Source: Nitrospirota bacterium (GTDB lineage: Bacteria; Nitrospirota; UBA9217). From it: 64,000 nt of DNA. The notes below the pieces were generated by a model that saw nothing but the letters and a program-made list of their open reading frames with translations, did not search any database and was not told where the DNA came from. Within the stretch, counting starts at the first letter, position 1; every line of letters begins with the position of its first letter. The DNA lies in assembly GCA_963840455.1 (NCBI GenBank), contig CAWIYV010000009.1, positions 376,712 to 440,711 on the forward strand, read 5' to 3'. Below are positions 31,238-40,340 of the stretch, in pieces. The translations under genes and the position numbers were made by a program.

Positions 31238-31713
31238 CCATGCGCATCGGAACCGGATACGACGTCCACCGTCTCGTCGAGGGCAGGAAGCTCATCATCG
31301 GCGGGGTGGACATCCCCCATGAGAAGGGGCTGCTCGGCCATTCCGACGCGGATGTCCTGCTTCACGCTGTCTGTGATGCGATCCTCGGGGCCGCCGCGCT
31401 CGGCGATATCGGCAGGCATTTTCCCGATACGGACCGGCGGTATAAGGGCATTTCAAGCCTCAAGCTCCTCGGTGAGACCGCCCGGCTCCTGGGGGAGAAG
31501 GGATTCCGGGTGAACAACATCGACGCAACGATCATCGCCGAACTACCGAAGATGGCGCCGCACATTGCAGCGATGGCGGCCAATATAGCCGCAGCAGTCC
31601 AGGCCGATGCCTCGGCGGTGAACGTCAAGGCGACAACGACTGAGGGGTTGGGGTTCGCGGGCAGAGGCGAGGGCATCGCGGCCTATGCGGTCTGCACGAT
31701 CACCCGGGGGTGA
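31234..31713 (+). CDS. ispF: 2-C-methyl-D-erythritol 2,4-cyclodiphosphate synthase
   Basis: [16 protein letters not shown] and [10 protein letters not shown]. Confidence 0.96.
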   Translation: MTMRIGTGYDVHRLVEGRKLIIGGVDIPHEKGLLGHSDADVLLHAVCDAILGAAALGDIGRHFPDTDRRYKGISSLKLLGETARLLGEKGFRVNNIDATIIAELPKMAPHIAAMAANIAAAVQADASAVNVKATTTEGLGFAGRGEGIAAYAVCTITRG

Positions 31714-31739
31714 AGGTGCTCGTGACGAAGGAGAGGGGT

Positions 31740-32309
31740 ATGAACACTATCATGAAGATGACCGGTCCGCTGCTCGTTGCATCATTGCTCTTCCTCGGCG
31801 CTGCCACCTGGGCGCAGGAGGGGAGCGGAGGCCTCTTTACCTGGACGGACAAAGACGGGGTCGTCCACATGACGGACAGCCTCGATAAGGTGCCGAAGGA
31901 ATATCGTTCTAAGACCCAGCGGACCGGTAATGGAGCATCGAGCGACAAGGTAGTGCCGGAAGCGCAAAGTCCAACAGCGCCTGCGACCTCGAACCAGGGC
32001 GGGGGCAACGATGCGGCGCTCAAAGCCCAGTGGCAGTCGCGGATGCTCGATGCCAAGCGCAGGCTGCAAAATGCCGAGAACAATTACCAGCAGTTCGAGA
32101 AGCGCAAGAGCGACCTTCAGGCCCAATGGGGCTCCTCAGGATCGGCTTTGCCTCCCCAGGACGTGCTGGACCAGATGAAACAGCTGGATGTTGACATGTC
32201 GCGCGCGAAGGCGGAGATCGACAATGCCAGGGACCAGATCAACAATGTCATTCCCGATGAGGCCCGGCGCGCCGGGATCCCTCCTGGATGGCTTCGCGAG
32301 GTAGAATAG
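31740..32309 (+). CDS. DUF4124-like exported protein
   Basis: Signal peptide; FTWTDKDGVVHMTD...VPKEYR; coiled coil; ARRAGIPPGWLR. Confidence 0.75.
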   Translation: MNTIMKMTGPLLVASLLFLGAATWAQEGSGGLFTWTDKDGVVHMTDSLDKVPKEYRSKTQRTGNGASSDKVVPEAQSPTAPATSNQGGGNDAALKAQWQSRMLDAKRRLQNAENNYQQFEKRKSDLQAQWGSSGSALPPQDVLDQMKQLDVDMSRAKAEIDNARDQINNVIPDEARRAGIPPGWLREVE

Positions 32310-32378
32310 GCCAGGTTGAAGGGTGAAGGTGCGGGGGGAAGGAACTCTCCCCTCCAACGCTGCAATAGAAGAAAAGTC

Positions 32379-33032
32379 ATGACCGAAACACTTCGCAAAA
32401 TACGGAACGACTTCAATGCTGCGATGTCGATGGACCCGGCTGCAACGAGCAAGATCGAGGTCGCGCTTACCTATGCGGGATTCCACGCCCTGTTGTTCTA
32501 CCGCCTGGCCCACTGGATCGTCAAGCATCGCATTCCGTTCCTCCCCCGCGCCTTGTCCCAGTTCGCGCGGTTCCTCACCGGCATCGAGATCCATCCCGGC
32601 GCGATCATCGGGTCGGGTCTGTTCATCGACCACGGCATGGGGGTTGTCGTCGGCGAGACCACGGAGATCGGCGACAATGTTACGCTCTTTCAGGGGGTGA
32701 CGCTGGGTGGTACGGGCAAGCAGCGGGGAAAGCGCCATCCCACCATCGGGAACCACGTGGTGGTGGGGGCGGGTGCCAAGGTGCTGGGGCCGATCATCGT
32801 CGGCGACTATGTCAAGATCGGCGCGAACTCGGTAGTGCTGCAGGATGTTCCGGACCATTCAACGGTCGTCGGCATCCCGGGAAGGATCGTGAGGATCAAG
32901 GACGAACGCGTTGCCGACGAGGCGCTCATGGACCATATCCATATCCCGGATCCCATCGCGGACAAACTCATCGATTTGCAGGTGCAGATCGATACGCTGA
33001 AAAAGGAGATGGAAAAATCACGGGGGGTGTGA
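32379..33032 (+). CDS. cysE: Serine O-acetyltransferase
   Basis: [30 protein letters not shown]...RHP. Confidence 0.95.
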   Translation: MTETLRKIRNDFNAAMSMDPAATSKIEVALTYAGFHALLFYRLAHWIVKHRIPFLPRALSQFARFLTGIEIHPGAIIGSGLFIDHGMGVVVGETTEIGDNVTLFQGVTLGGTGKQRGKRHPTIGNHVVVGAGAKVLGPIIVGDYVKIGANSVVLQDVPDHSTVVGIPGRIVRIKDERVADEALMDHIHIPDPIADKLIDLQVQIDTLKKEMEKSRGV

Positions 33033-33150
33033 ACCTTCCGGGCGAACTGTCTGTCAAGGGAACATCCGTTGTTATCCGACTCTTATCTGGTTTGGTCCGT
33101 GTCAAATGCCGTTATGAGGGACATCAGTCATTGCGTGATCTACTCGGGGA

Positions 33151-33570
33151 TCACACTTCCACGATCCGGTAGCTGTGCGTGATGGCCGCTGTCTTCCCGA
33201 TCGTTGCGCCGACGGAGCAATACTTATCCAGGGAAAGCTGGATGGCCCGCTCCACTGCTTCTTTCTGGATGTCCTTTCCCGTCACCACATACTCGATATG
33301 CACTTTTTCATAGATATGCGGGAATGAATCAGCCTGCTCGCCCTTTACGTTCGTCTCAAGTCCTGTCACGTTCTGGCGCTTCTTCCTCAGGATGGAAATG
33401 ACATCCATGCCGGTGCATCCACCGAAGCCGACCAGGAGCAGTTCCATGGGCCTGAAGCCCTTGTTCTGACCGCCCGATTCTGCATCGGCATCCATTATCA
33501 ACCGATGACCGGATGAGGATTCACCCTCAAACTGCATACCTCCTGCAAGTTTTACTTTGGCTTCAGCCAT
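33151..33570 (-). CDS. OsmC/YhfA-family protein
   Basis: PMELLL...GGCTGMDV and KYCSV motifs. Confidence 0.9.
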   Translation of the reverse strand: MAEAKVKLAGGMQFEGESSSGHRLIMDADAESGGQNKGFRPMELLLVGFGGCTGMDVISILRKKRQNVTGLETNVKGEQADSFPHIYEKVHIEYVVTGKDIQKEAVERAIQLSLDKYCSVGATIGKTAAITHSYRIVEV

Positions 33571-33832
33571 TTCTGCCCCCCTATTTTAATTGCATGATCA
33601 TGAGCTAGATCACTATCGATGTCATTCTACCATACAAATTATTGGTATATAAACCAAAAATATATTATCTCCAGAAATTAATTCACTATATTATATTTAA
33701 ACAAATACTTATATCCATTGACTGGCTGGATATTGGTAATTATGCCAATATTTAACAGTTGCCATGCAATATCTGCTCATTATAATCTTCTGATTATTAA
33801 AAGGATACCTGAGAAGCGAACTAATAGATTGC

Positions 33833-33848
33833 TGGCAATTTACTTGCA
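33833..33848 (+). promoter_or_regulatory. Candidate sigma54 (-24/-12) promoter upstream of dsrA
   Basis: TGGCAATTTACTTGCA has GG-N10-GC spacing and is close to the TGGCAC-N5-TTGC consensus. Confidence 0.55.
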
Positions 33849-34264
33849 TTGATATCTCTTTGTCGCTTGGGATATCCATGGAAAATACGTGATAGTTCCG
33901 CCTGTTCTCAGTCGATCCACCATTTATAAAAAGATAAGTTTTTCTTATTTGACAAACAAGGCAAGTTCCTTAATACTGCACTACCCTGAAATTCCCGAAG
34001 CCATTCTTTATCGACAGAACCGGCATCACGGTCTCTGTTCTAGTCGCTTTATCCCCGTTCCTCAGAAAGGATCGGGTCAGAATCTCAAGCTCACTCTTTG
34101 TCAGGAAAGGGGGATCCGGCAACTCACTACAGTGAAATTGAACGAAGCAACATGATCCGTCGTTCGTCCAGCAGGGGCGATCGTGCGGTGGCAGGGTTCT
34201 GATGTTCGTCGCAGATTCTGAATACCAGTTAAGAGAAAGAACAATATCCTAAGGAGGGTTCCAT

Positions 34265-35443
34265 ATGAGCAAAGATGTTAAAACACCAATGCTTGACGAC
34301 CTGGAAAAGGGCGCGTGGCCGAGCTTCGTAAAAGAGATCAAGAAGGCCGCGAAGAAGAGCAACACGGCACACGATCTGCTCGGCATCCTTGAAAGATCTT
34401 ATCGGGACAAAGTGACCCACTGGAAGCACGGCGGTATCGTGGGCGTCCTCGGTTATGGCGGCGGCGTCATCGGCCGCTACTGCGACCTTCCCGAAGAATT
34501 CCCCGGCGTGGCCCACTTCCACACGGTCCGCGTGAACCCGCCTTCCGGATTTTTCTACACCTCCAAGGCCCTGAAAGAACTGTGTGATATCTGGGAAAAG
34601 CACGGCAGCGGCATGTGGAACATGCACGGTTCCACGGGTGACATGGTTTGGCTTGGCACCCAGACGGACAAGCTTGAGCCCATCTTCGCAGAGATCACGG
34701 CAAAGGGCTGGGACCTCGGCGGTTCCGGATCCTGCCTCCGCACCCCGAGCGCCTGCGTGGGCATGGCACGCTGCGAGTTCGCGAACATCGATACCATGAA
34801 CATCTGCCACACCCTTACCAACAAGTTCCAGGACGAGCTCCATCGTCCCGCCTTCCCCTATAAGTTCAAGATCAAGGTTTCCGGCTGCGCCAACGACTGC
34901 ACCGCAGCGGTCGCCCGCGCCGACATGTCCATCATCGGCACCTGGAGGGATTCCATCCGCATCGACCAGGCCGAGGTGAAGAACGCCGCCAAGGACATGG
35001 ACATCAAGGCAGAGGTCACCGATATGTGCCCGACCCACTGCATGAACTGGGATGGCAGCACGCTCAAGATCAATGACAAGGATTGCAACCGCTGCATGCA
35101 TTGCATCAACCGTATGCCGAAGGCCCTCCGTCCCGGCAAGGAGAAGGGCGCGACCATCATGCTCGGCGGCAAGGCCCCGATCGTGACCGGCGCCCTCATG
35201 AGCTGGGTCATCGTTCCCTTCATGAAGCTCGAAGCGCCCTACGACAACCTGGAAGACCTCATTCGCAAGCTCTGGGAGTGGTGGGATGAGTCAGGCAAGA
35301 ACCGCGAGCGTATCGGTGAGCTCGTCGACCGTATCGGGATGAGGTCCATGCTCGAAGCGACCGGCCTCCCGCCCGTGCCGCAGATGGTGAAGGCGCCGCG
35401 GACCAACCCCTACGTGTTCTGGGCCCCGGGCGAAGTGAAATAA
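34265..35443 (+). CDS. dsrA: Dissimilatory sulfite reductase alpha subunit
   Basis: WPSFV, THWKHGGIVGV.GYGGGVIGRY, CVGMARC, FPYKFK.K.SGC.NDC, CNRCMHCIN. Confidence 0.98.
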   Translation: MSKDVKTPMLDDLEKGAWPSFVKEIKKAAKKSNTAHDLLGILERSYRDKVTHWKHGGIVGVLGYGGGVIGRYCDLPEEFPGVAHFHTVRVNPPSGFFYTSKALKELCDIWEKHGSGMWNMHGSTGDMVWLGTQTDKLEPIFAEITAKGWDLGGSGSCLRTPSACVGMARCEFANIDTMNICHTLTNKFQDELHRPAFPYKFKIKVSGCANDCTAAVARADMSIIGTWRDSIRIDQAEVKNAAKDMDIKAEVTDMCPTHCMNWDGSTLKINDKDCNRCMHCINRMPKALRPGKEKGATIMLGGKAPIVTGALMSWVIVPFMKLEAPYDNLEDLIRKLWEWWDESGKNRERIGELVDRIGMRSMLEATGLPPVPQMVKAPRTNPYVFWAPGEVK

Positions 35444-35484
35444 CGACAGACGAGCGAGAAAAATTCCAAGGAGGATAACCTAGA

Positions 35485-36558
35485 ATGGCTGACAAACCGA
35501 AGAGAATAACGGATATTGGTGCACCGGATTATCATAAATTCCTGCCTCCCGTGATCACAAAGAACTACGGGAAGTGGAAATATCATGAAGTCACCACAAA
35601 GGGCGTGATGAAGCACGTCTCCGAGACCGGTGATGAGCTCTACACCGTACGTATTGCAACGCCCCGGCTCGTGAGCACGGACTACGTCCGCGAGATGTGC
35701 GACATATCCGAGAAGTTCAGCGGCGGTCACCTCCGCTGGACGACCCGTCACAACGTCGAGTTCTTTCCCGAAAAGGGTCAGGTGGACGCCCTGGTTGCCG
35801 ACCTCAAGAAGCGCGGCCATATGGTCGGCGGCATCGGCTACGGCATCAGTAACGTGGTGCACACCCAGGGGTGGATCCATTGCCATACACCGGCAACCGA
35901 CGCCTCGGGCGTGGTCAAGGCGGTCATGGATGAGCTCCATGAATACTTCACCTCGAAGACCCTGCCGGCTCGCGTGCGTATCGCGCTTGCCTGCTGCCTG
36001 AACATGTGCGGCGCGGTGCACTGCTCCGACATCGCCATCCTCGGCATCCACCGGAAGCCCCCGAAGGTGAACGAGGCGACGCTCGCGAACCAGTGCGAGA
36101 TCCCAACGACCATCGCCTCCTGCCCCACGGGCGCCATCAGCCCGAACCCGGCGACCAAGTCGGTGAAGATCAAGGACGAGCGCTGCATGTACTGTGGCAA
36201 CTGCTACACCATGTGCCCGTCGCTCCCGATCGCTGATGGTTCCGGCGACGGCATCGCCATCTACGTGGGCGGCAAGGTGTCCAATGCCCGCGGTCCGGCG
36301 CGCATGTCCAAGCTCGTGATCCCGTTCCTGCCGAACAATCCGCCGCGCTGGCCCGAGGTCGTGAAGGCCGTAAAGCACCTCGTCGAGATCTACGCGCAGA
36401 ACGCCAAGAAGCACGAGCGCATGGGCGAGTGGATCGAGCGCATCGGCTGGGAGCGTTTCTTCAAGCTCACCGGCATCTCGTTCACCTACCAGCACATCGA
36501 CGACTTCACCTTTGCCCGTGAGACGTTCCGGATGACCCCCACCTTCAAGTGGGAGTAG
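35485..36558 (+). CDS. dsrB: Dissimilatory sulfite reductase beta subunit
   Basis: [55 protein letters not shown]. Confidence 0.98.
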   Translation: MADKPKRITDIGAPDYHKFLPPVITKNYGKWKYHEVTTKGVMKHVSETGDELYTVRIATPRLVSTDYVREMCDISEKFSGGHLRWTTRHNVEFFPEKGQVDALVADLKKRGHMVGGIGYGISNVVHTQGWIHCHTPATDASGVVKAVMDELHEYFTSKTLPARVRIALACCLNMCGAVHCSDIAILGIHRKPPKVNEATLANQCEIPTTIASCPTGAISPNPATKSVKIKDERCMYCGNCYTMCPSLPIADGSGDGIAIYVGGKVSNARGPARMSKLVIPFLPNNPPRWPEVVKAVKHLVEIYAQNAKKHERMGEWIERIGWERFFKLTGISFTYQHIDDFTFARETFRMTPTFKWE

Positions 36559-36576
36559 CATCGAGCGAGTGAGTGG

Positions 36577-36610
36577 ATCGGCCCCCCGAACGTTCGGGGG
36601 GCCGGTTTTT
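36577..36610 (+). terminator. Terminator-like hairpin between dsrB and dsrD
   Basis: Stem ATCGGCCCCCCGAA/TTCGGGGGGCCGGT running into TTTTT. Confidence 0.75.
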
Positions 36611-36645
36611 CGTTTCACCCAACAACCTAACCAGGGGGTACGGTC

Positions 36646-36882
36646 ATGGACGCCCAGGAACTAGTGAAAAAAGTATACGAACTGGTCGAGAAGAACCAGG
36701 GGAAGAAGAAGATGAAGGCGGGCGATATCACCAAGGCCATGGAGGCCGAGGGAGCGACGCGCGACGAGGTGAAGGCAGCGATCCGCGAGCTCGTTGACGG
36801 CGGCAAGCTGGTGTATTCGTACTTCGGCGGCAGCTTCATCGAGATCCCGCACGTCGAAGGATCGGCAAATCCGCAGCAGTAA
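36646..36882 (+). CDS. dsrD: DsrD
   Basis: 78-aa winged-helix-like protein (EVKAAIRELVDGGKLVYSYFGGS) directly after dsrB. Confidence 0.8.
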   Translation: MDAQELVKKVYELVEKNQGKKKMKAGDITKAMEAEGATRDEVKAAIRELVDGGKLVYSYFGGSFIEIPHVEGSANPQQ

Positions 36883-36889
36883 TCCGGGA

Positions 36890-38281
36890 ATGCTGAAGGT
36901 CCCCCGGCTCGTTGTCTCGGCTGTCCGGGGAGGGCTCGGCAAGACGACCCTCTCGCTCGGGATCATCGCAGCCTGGCGGAACCAGGGGAAAAAGGTCGCT
37001 TCGTTCAAAAAGGGGCCGGACTTCATTGACGCGGGCTGGCTCGGGGCCGCCGCAGGCAGGCCCTGTTATAATCTCGATCTCTTCCTGATGGAGGAGGAGA
37101 GCATCCTCAGTTCCTTTGTCCGGCATTCCGCCGGCGCGGATGCGGCCGTGATCGAGGGGAACCGCGGTCTCTATGACGGCGTTGACGGGTCCGGGACCTA
37201 CAGCACGGCGCGGCTGGCACGGTTGCTGGACGCGCCCGTGGTTCTGATCGTGGACTGCACCAAGTCGTCTGCGACGGTGGCGGCGGTGGTGCTCGGCATC
37301 AAGCAGTACGATCCCTCGGTCGCAGTTCGGGGGATCATCCTGAACAATGTGTCTCCGGGAAGGCACGAATCGGTCATCCGTCAGGCGATCGAGCAGAGCG
37401 GTGGCCTTCGTGTTGTCGGCGCCGTGCCGCGGTTGAGGCATGGCGAGTTCCCTGAGCGGCACATGGGGCTCACGCCTTTTCAGGAGCACCCGGATGTGGA
37501 TACGGCGATCGCCGCGTCGGCGTCCGTGGCGGAGAAGTATCTCGATCTCGCGGCCCTCTGGCAGATCGCAGGCGACGCAGGACCTCTCGGACCCGTCAAA
37601 CAGCCTGCCGGACCATCGGCGGATGTTGACCGACCTGTGGTCGGCGTGATAAGGGACAAGGCATTTCAGTTCTACTACCCGGACAATGTTGAAGCGCTCG
37701 AGCGATCGGGTGCGGTGCTCCGGGAGATCAGTGCGCTGCAAGACCAGGAACTGCCGCCGCTGGACGCGCTGTACATCGGGGGCGGTTTTCCCGAGACCCA
37801 GGCGGCTGAACTGGCCGGGAACGTGTCCTTCACCGCATCGGTCAAGGCAGCGGTGGAAAAAGGGCTTCCGGTCTACGCCGAGTGCGGTGGCCTGATCTAT
37901 CTCGGCAGAAGCCTGAGGCTCGGGGAAACGGTCTATCCCATGACATCGGTACTGCCCGCGGACTTTGTGCTGGAAAAGAGGCCGCAGGCCCACGGGTATA
38001 CTCAGCTGGAAACATCCGGGCCCAACCCGTTCTTTGAAATCAAGTGCAGTTTGCTGGGGCATGAATTCCATTACTCCCGCATCAAGAACCTTGATGAGCT
38101 GCCCGGCATGGCGTTTACCATGCGCCGGGGCGCAGGGATCGATGGCTTGCGCGATGGACTGGTATACAAGAACGTGCTTGCGACGTACACGCATCTCCAT
38201 GCGCTGGGTGCGCCTCAATGGGCAGAGGCGCTGGTGCGGCGCGCACGGATGTTCCGCCGGGACAGCGCAGAGGAGAAGTGA
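36890..38281 (+). CDS. dsrN: DsrN siroheme amidase (CobB/CbiA-like)
   Basis: GGLGKTT, FKKGPDFID, IEGNRGLYDG, FPERHMGL, YAECGG, GHEFHYS; located in the dsr cluster. Confidence 0.9.
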   Translation: MLKVPRLVVSAVRGGLGKTTLSLGIIAAWRNQGKKVASFKKGPDFIDAGWLGAAAGRPCYNLDLFLMEEESILSSFVRHSAGADAAVIEGNRGLYDGVDGSGTYSTARLARLLDAPVVLIVDCTKSSATVAAVVLGIKQYDPSVAVRGIILNNVSPGRHESVIRQAIEQSGGLRVVGAVPRLRHGEFPERHMGLTPFQEHPDVDTAIAASASVAEKYLDLAALWQIAGDAGPLGPVKQPAGPSADVDRPVVGVIRDKAFQFYYPDNVEALERSGAVLREISALQDQELPPLDALYIGGGFPETQAAELAGNVSFTASVKAAVEKGLPVYAECGGLIYLGRSLRLGETVYPMTSVLPADFVLEKRPQAHGYTQLETSGPNPFFEIKCSLLGHEFHYSRIKNLDELPGMAFTMRRGAGIDGLRDGLVYKNVLATYTHLHALGAPQWAEALVRRARMFRRDSAEEK

Positions 38282-38643
38282 TGAAGGTGCGTGAAGAAAA
38301 GAATGCGCCGCCAAGCTGCCCCTTCTGCGGGGCCCATCTCAAACGGCCCGAGGAGATGAAGATCAGCCCGACCGACATTGTTCAGGGAGGTACCTGCGGC
38401 TGCGGTGCGCTCTATCTGGCGGACCCAACGGGTAAGGACGTGGGGTCCATGATGGCCCAGGCGCTCAATTGGGCTGCCGATACCCTCGGAAAGGGCGTGG
38501 GCGATTTGGCGCCCGACGAGGACTATCAGGACGCGGTCCTGAGCTATGACTGGAGAAATCACCGGTCAACCGGTGTCAGCAAGGGTTATATGGACAGGAA
38601 CGGCAGGCTCTATATCATGAAGGTGGGCAAGAGAACAGCGTGA
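38281..38643 (+). CDS. Hypothetical Cys-motif protein
   Basis: CPFCG and GTCGCGA motifs; start abuts the dsrN stop. Confidence 0.75.
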   Translation: MKVREEKNAPPSCPFCGAHLKRPEEMKISPTDIVQGGTCGCGALYLADPTGKDVGSMMAQALNWAADTLGKGVGDLAPDEDYQDAVLSYDWRNHRSTGVSKGYMDRNGRLYIMKVGKRTA

Positions 38644-38654
38644 TGCATAGTGGC

Positions 38655-38684
38655 TTGCATTAACGGTATCTTTTGAGGTAGTAT
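38655..38684 (+). promoter_or_regulatory. Candidate sigma70 promoter for dsrC
   Basis: TTGCAT-18 nt-TAGTAT. Confidence 0.5.
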
Positions 38685-38839
38685 AGCTACCTGTTTACCG
38701 GCATGACGGAGGTGATGCCCGGAATGCGCTGTCGGTAACGGAAACGAATTAACAGGTACGGTGCGTCAAGCACGAGGACCTAATCACGAAGAGGCGCTCA
38801 CAGAAGCGACCGTTCAATTTACGAAAGGGGACACAGAAC

Positions 38840-39175
38840 ATGGGAACAGTCACGGTAGCAGGCAAGACGATCGAAGTGGATGAGGACGGCTTTTTGGCCA
38901 ACCTGGACGACTGGAACATGGACGTGGCGAAGTATTTCGCCGAGGTCGAGGGGATCGATATGACCGATCAGCACTGGGAGGTCGTGAACTTCCTCCGCGA
39001 CTACTACAAGCAGTACCAGATCGCGCCGATGATCAAGATCCTGGTGAAGGAGATCGGCAAGAAGCTCGGTCCGGACAAGGGCAATACCAAGTACCTCTAT
39101 GAGCTCTATCCGGGCGGACCGGCAAAGCAGGCCTGCAAGATCGCCGGTCTTCCGAAGCCGACCGGCTGCGTGTAG
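38840..39175 (+). CDS. dsrC: DsrC
   Basis: DEDGFL and HWEVV.FLR.YY; C-terminal GPAKQACKIAGLPKPTGCV retains both conserved Cys. Confidence 0.97.
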   Translation: MGTVTVAGKTIEVDEDGFLANLDDWNMDVAKYFAEVEGIDMTDQHWEVVNFLRDYYKQYQIAPMIKILVKEIGKKLGPDKGNTKYLYELYPGGPAKQACKIAGLPKPTGCV

Positions 39176-39177
39176 GG

Positions 39178-39306
39178 CGGTCACTTCTCACAATTCAGGT
39201 GCAATCGCGCATCCGGGGATAAAACCCCGGAGGCGCGAGGCCTTGCGCACCATTCCGGACCTCGGACCCATCGAGATCAAGGGGGTGCGCAGGGAACACC
39301 TGACCG
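39178..39306 (+). ncRNA. Putative structured intergenic RNA (three-way junction)
   Basis: Nested helices visible by eye; pairings listed in findings. Confidence 0.5.
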
Positions 39307-39334
39307 ATCTTTGCGTTAAGGAGGAAGTTGCAGC

Positions 39335-39520
39335 ATGATCATGGTAACGGTTGACAAGAACAAGTGCGACGGCGACGGCACCTGCGTGAACGTATGCCCG
39401 CAGGGCGTTTTCAAGCTCGAGAACGGCAAGGCCGAGCCGGTCAATATGTCGGAGTGCATCAACTGCCTGACCTGCGTTGAGAACTGCCCGCAGCAGGCCA
39501 TTACGGTGCAAGAACTCTAG
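39335..39520 (+). CDS. Dicluster ferredoxin (CxxDxxC + CxxCxxC)
   Basis: CDGDGTC...CP and CINCLTC...CP; AAGGAGG RBS. Confidence 0.92.
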   Translation: MIMVTVDKNKCDGDGTCVNVCPQGVFKLENGKAEPVNMSECINCLTCVENCPQQAITVQEL

Positions 39521-39551
39521 ACAGGTGATGCGATAGCGATTCCATAGGTCA

Positions 39552-39586
39552 AGGGGATAGTTGAATAAATTATCCCCTCTTTTTTT
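39552..39586 (+). terminator. Intrinsic terminator after ferredoxin
   Basis: Stem AGGGGATAGTT/AATTATCCCCT followed by a T-run. Confidence 0.7.
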
Positions 39587-39623
39587 CTGTTGTTTGAACC
39601 GAATACTGCAGGGAGGTGATTTG

Positions 39624-39923
39624 ATGAAACTGGCTGTGTTCTTAAGCGATATGCGAAGGACCGAAGATACTTACGAGCGGCTAAAGGCCGACAAATTGGG
39701 TGTCATTCTGGTCGAGAACGGCGTTTATCATGCAGTGCTGAAGGAAGGCGGCAAGGACTCTCCCGTCCTGAACAAGGCCGGCGCGAATTTCTACGCGCTT
39801 TCCGATGATCTGGAGACCCGCGGGTTCACTGCGGCGCAGGTCAACCCGAAGGTGAAGGTCGTGAGCTACGGCGACATTGTCGATCTGATCATGAACGACT
39901 ACGAAAAGACGGCGTGGCTGTAA
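39624..39923 (+). CDS. DsrH/TusB-like protein
   Basis: ILVENGVY.A...YALSDDLETRG...VSYGDIVDLI; GGAGGT RBS. Confidence 0.85.
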   Translation: MKLAVFLSDMRRTEDTYERLKADKLGVILVENGVYHAVLKEGGKDSPVLNKAGANFYALSDDLETRGFTAAQVNPKVKVVSYGDIVDLIMNDYEKTAWL

Positions 39924-39980
39924 GCTGGTCGTGTACCTCAGGGGATAGAGAATCATACATTAGATACTAAGGAGGAGCAT

Positions 39981-40340
39981 ATGGGCGTTCTGACGATAGG
40001 TGCGTTCCCGTCCCTGGTCGGCTCCGGTACCCTTGATTTTTCCTTCAAGCTCGCCGAGGCGGCGATGGCGAAGGGACACAAGGTGAACTTCTGGCTTTCC
40101 GGGAATGCGGTGATGATGGCGAAGAAGGGGCAGCGGGCGTTCAAGGATTATTCCCATCTTGAAAAAAAGATGATGGAGCTCATCGGCAAGGGCGTTGAGA
40201 TCACGGTCTGCGAGGCCTGCGCCGAGGCCCGCGGCTACCACAAAGAGGACACGCCGGCCGGCATGAAGCGGGCGAGCATGGACTGGTACCTCGCGAAGTC
40301 TTTCAAATCGGACCGGGTCCTGCACATAGGAGGTGAGTAA
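39981..40340 (+). CDS. DsrE/TusD-like protein
   Basis: KLAEAAMAKGHKVNFWLSGNAV...VCEACAEARG...DRVL. Confidence 0.85.
   Translation: MGVLTIGAFPSLVGSGTLDFSFKLAEAAMAKGHKVNFWLSGNAVMMAKKGQRAFKDYSHLEKKMMELIGKGVEITVCEACAEARGYHKEDTPAGMKRASMDWYLAKSFKSDRVLHIGGE

Noticed and set aside
33889-34155. 88-aa ORF upstream of dsrA
   Set aside because: No clear RBS or motif. It overlaps promoter-like and structured leader sequence.
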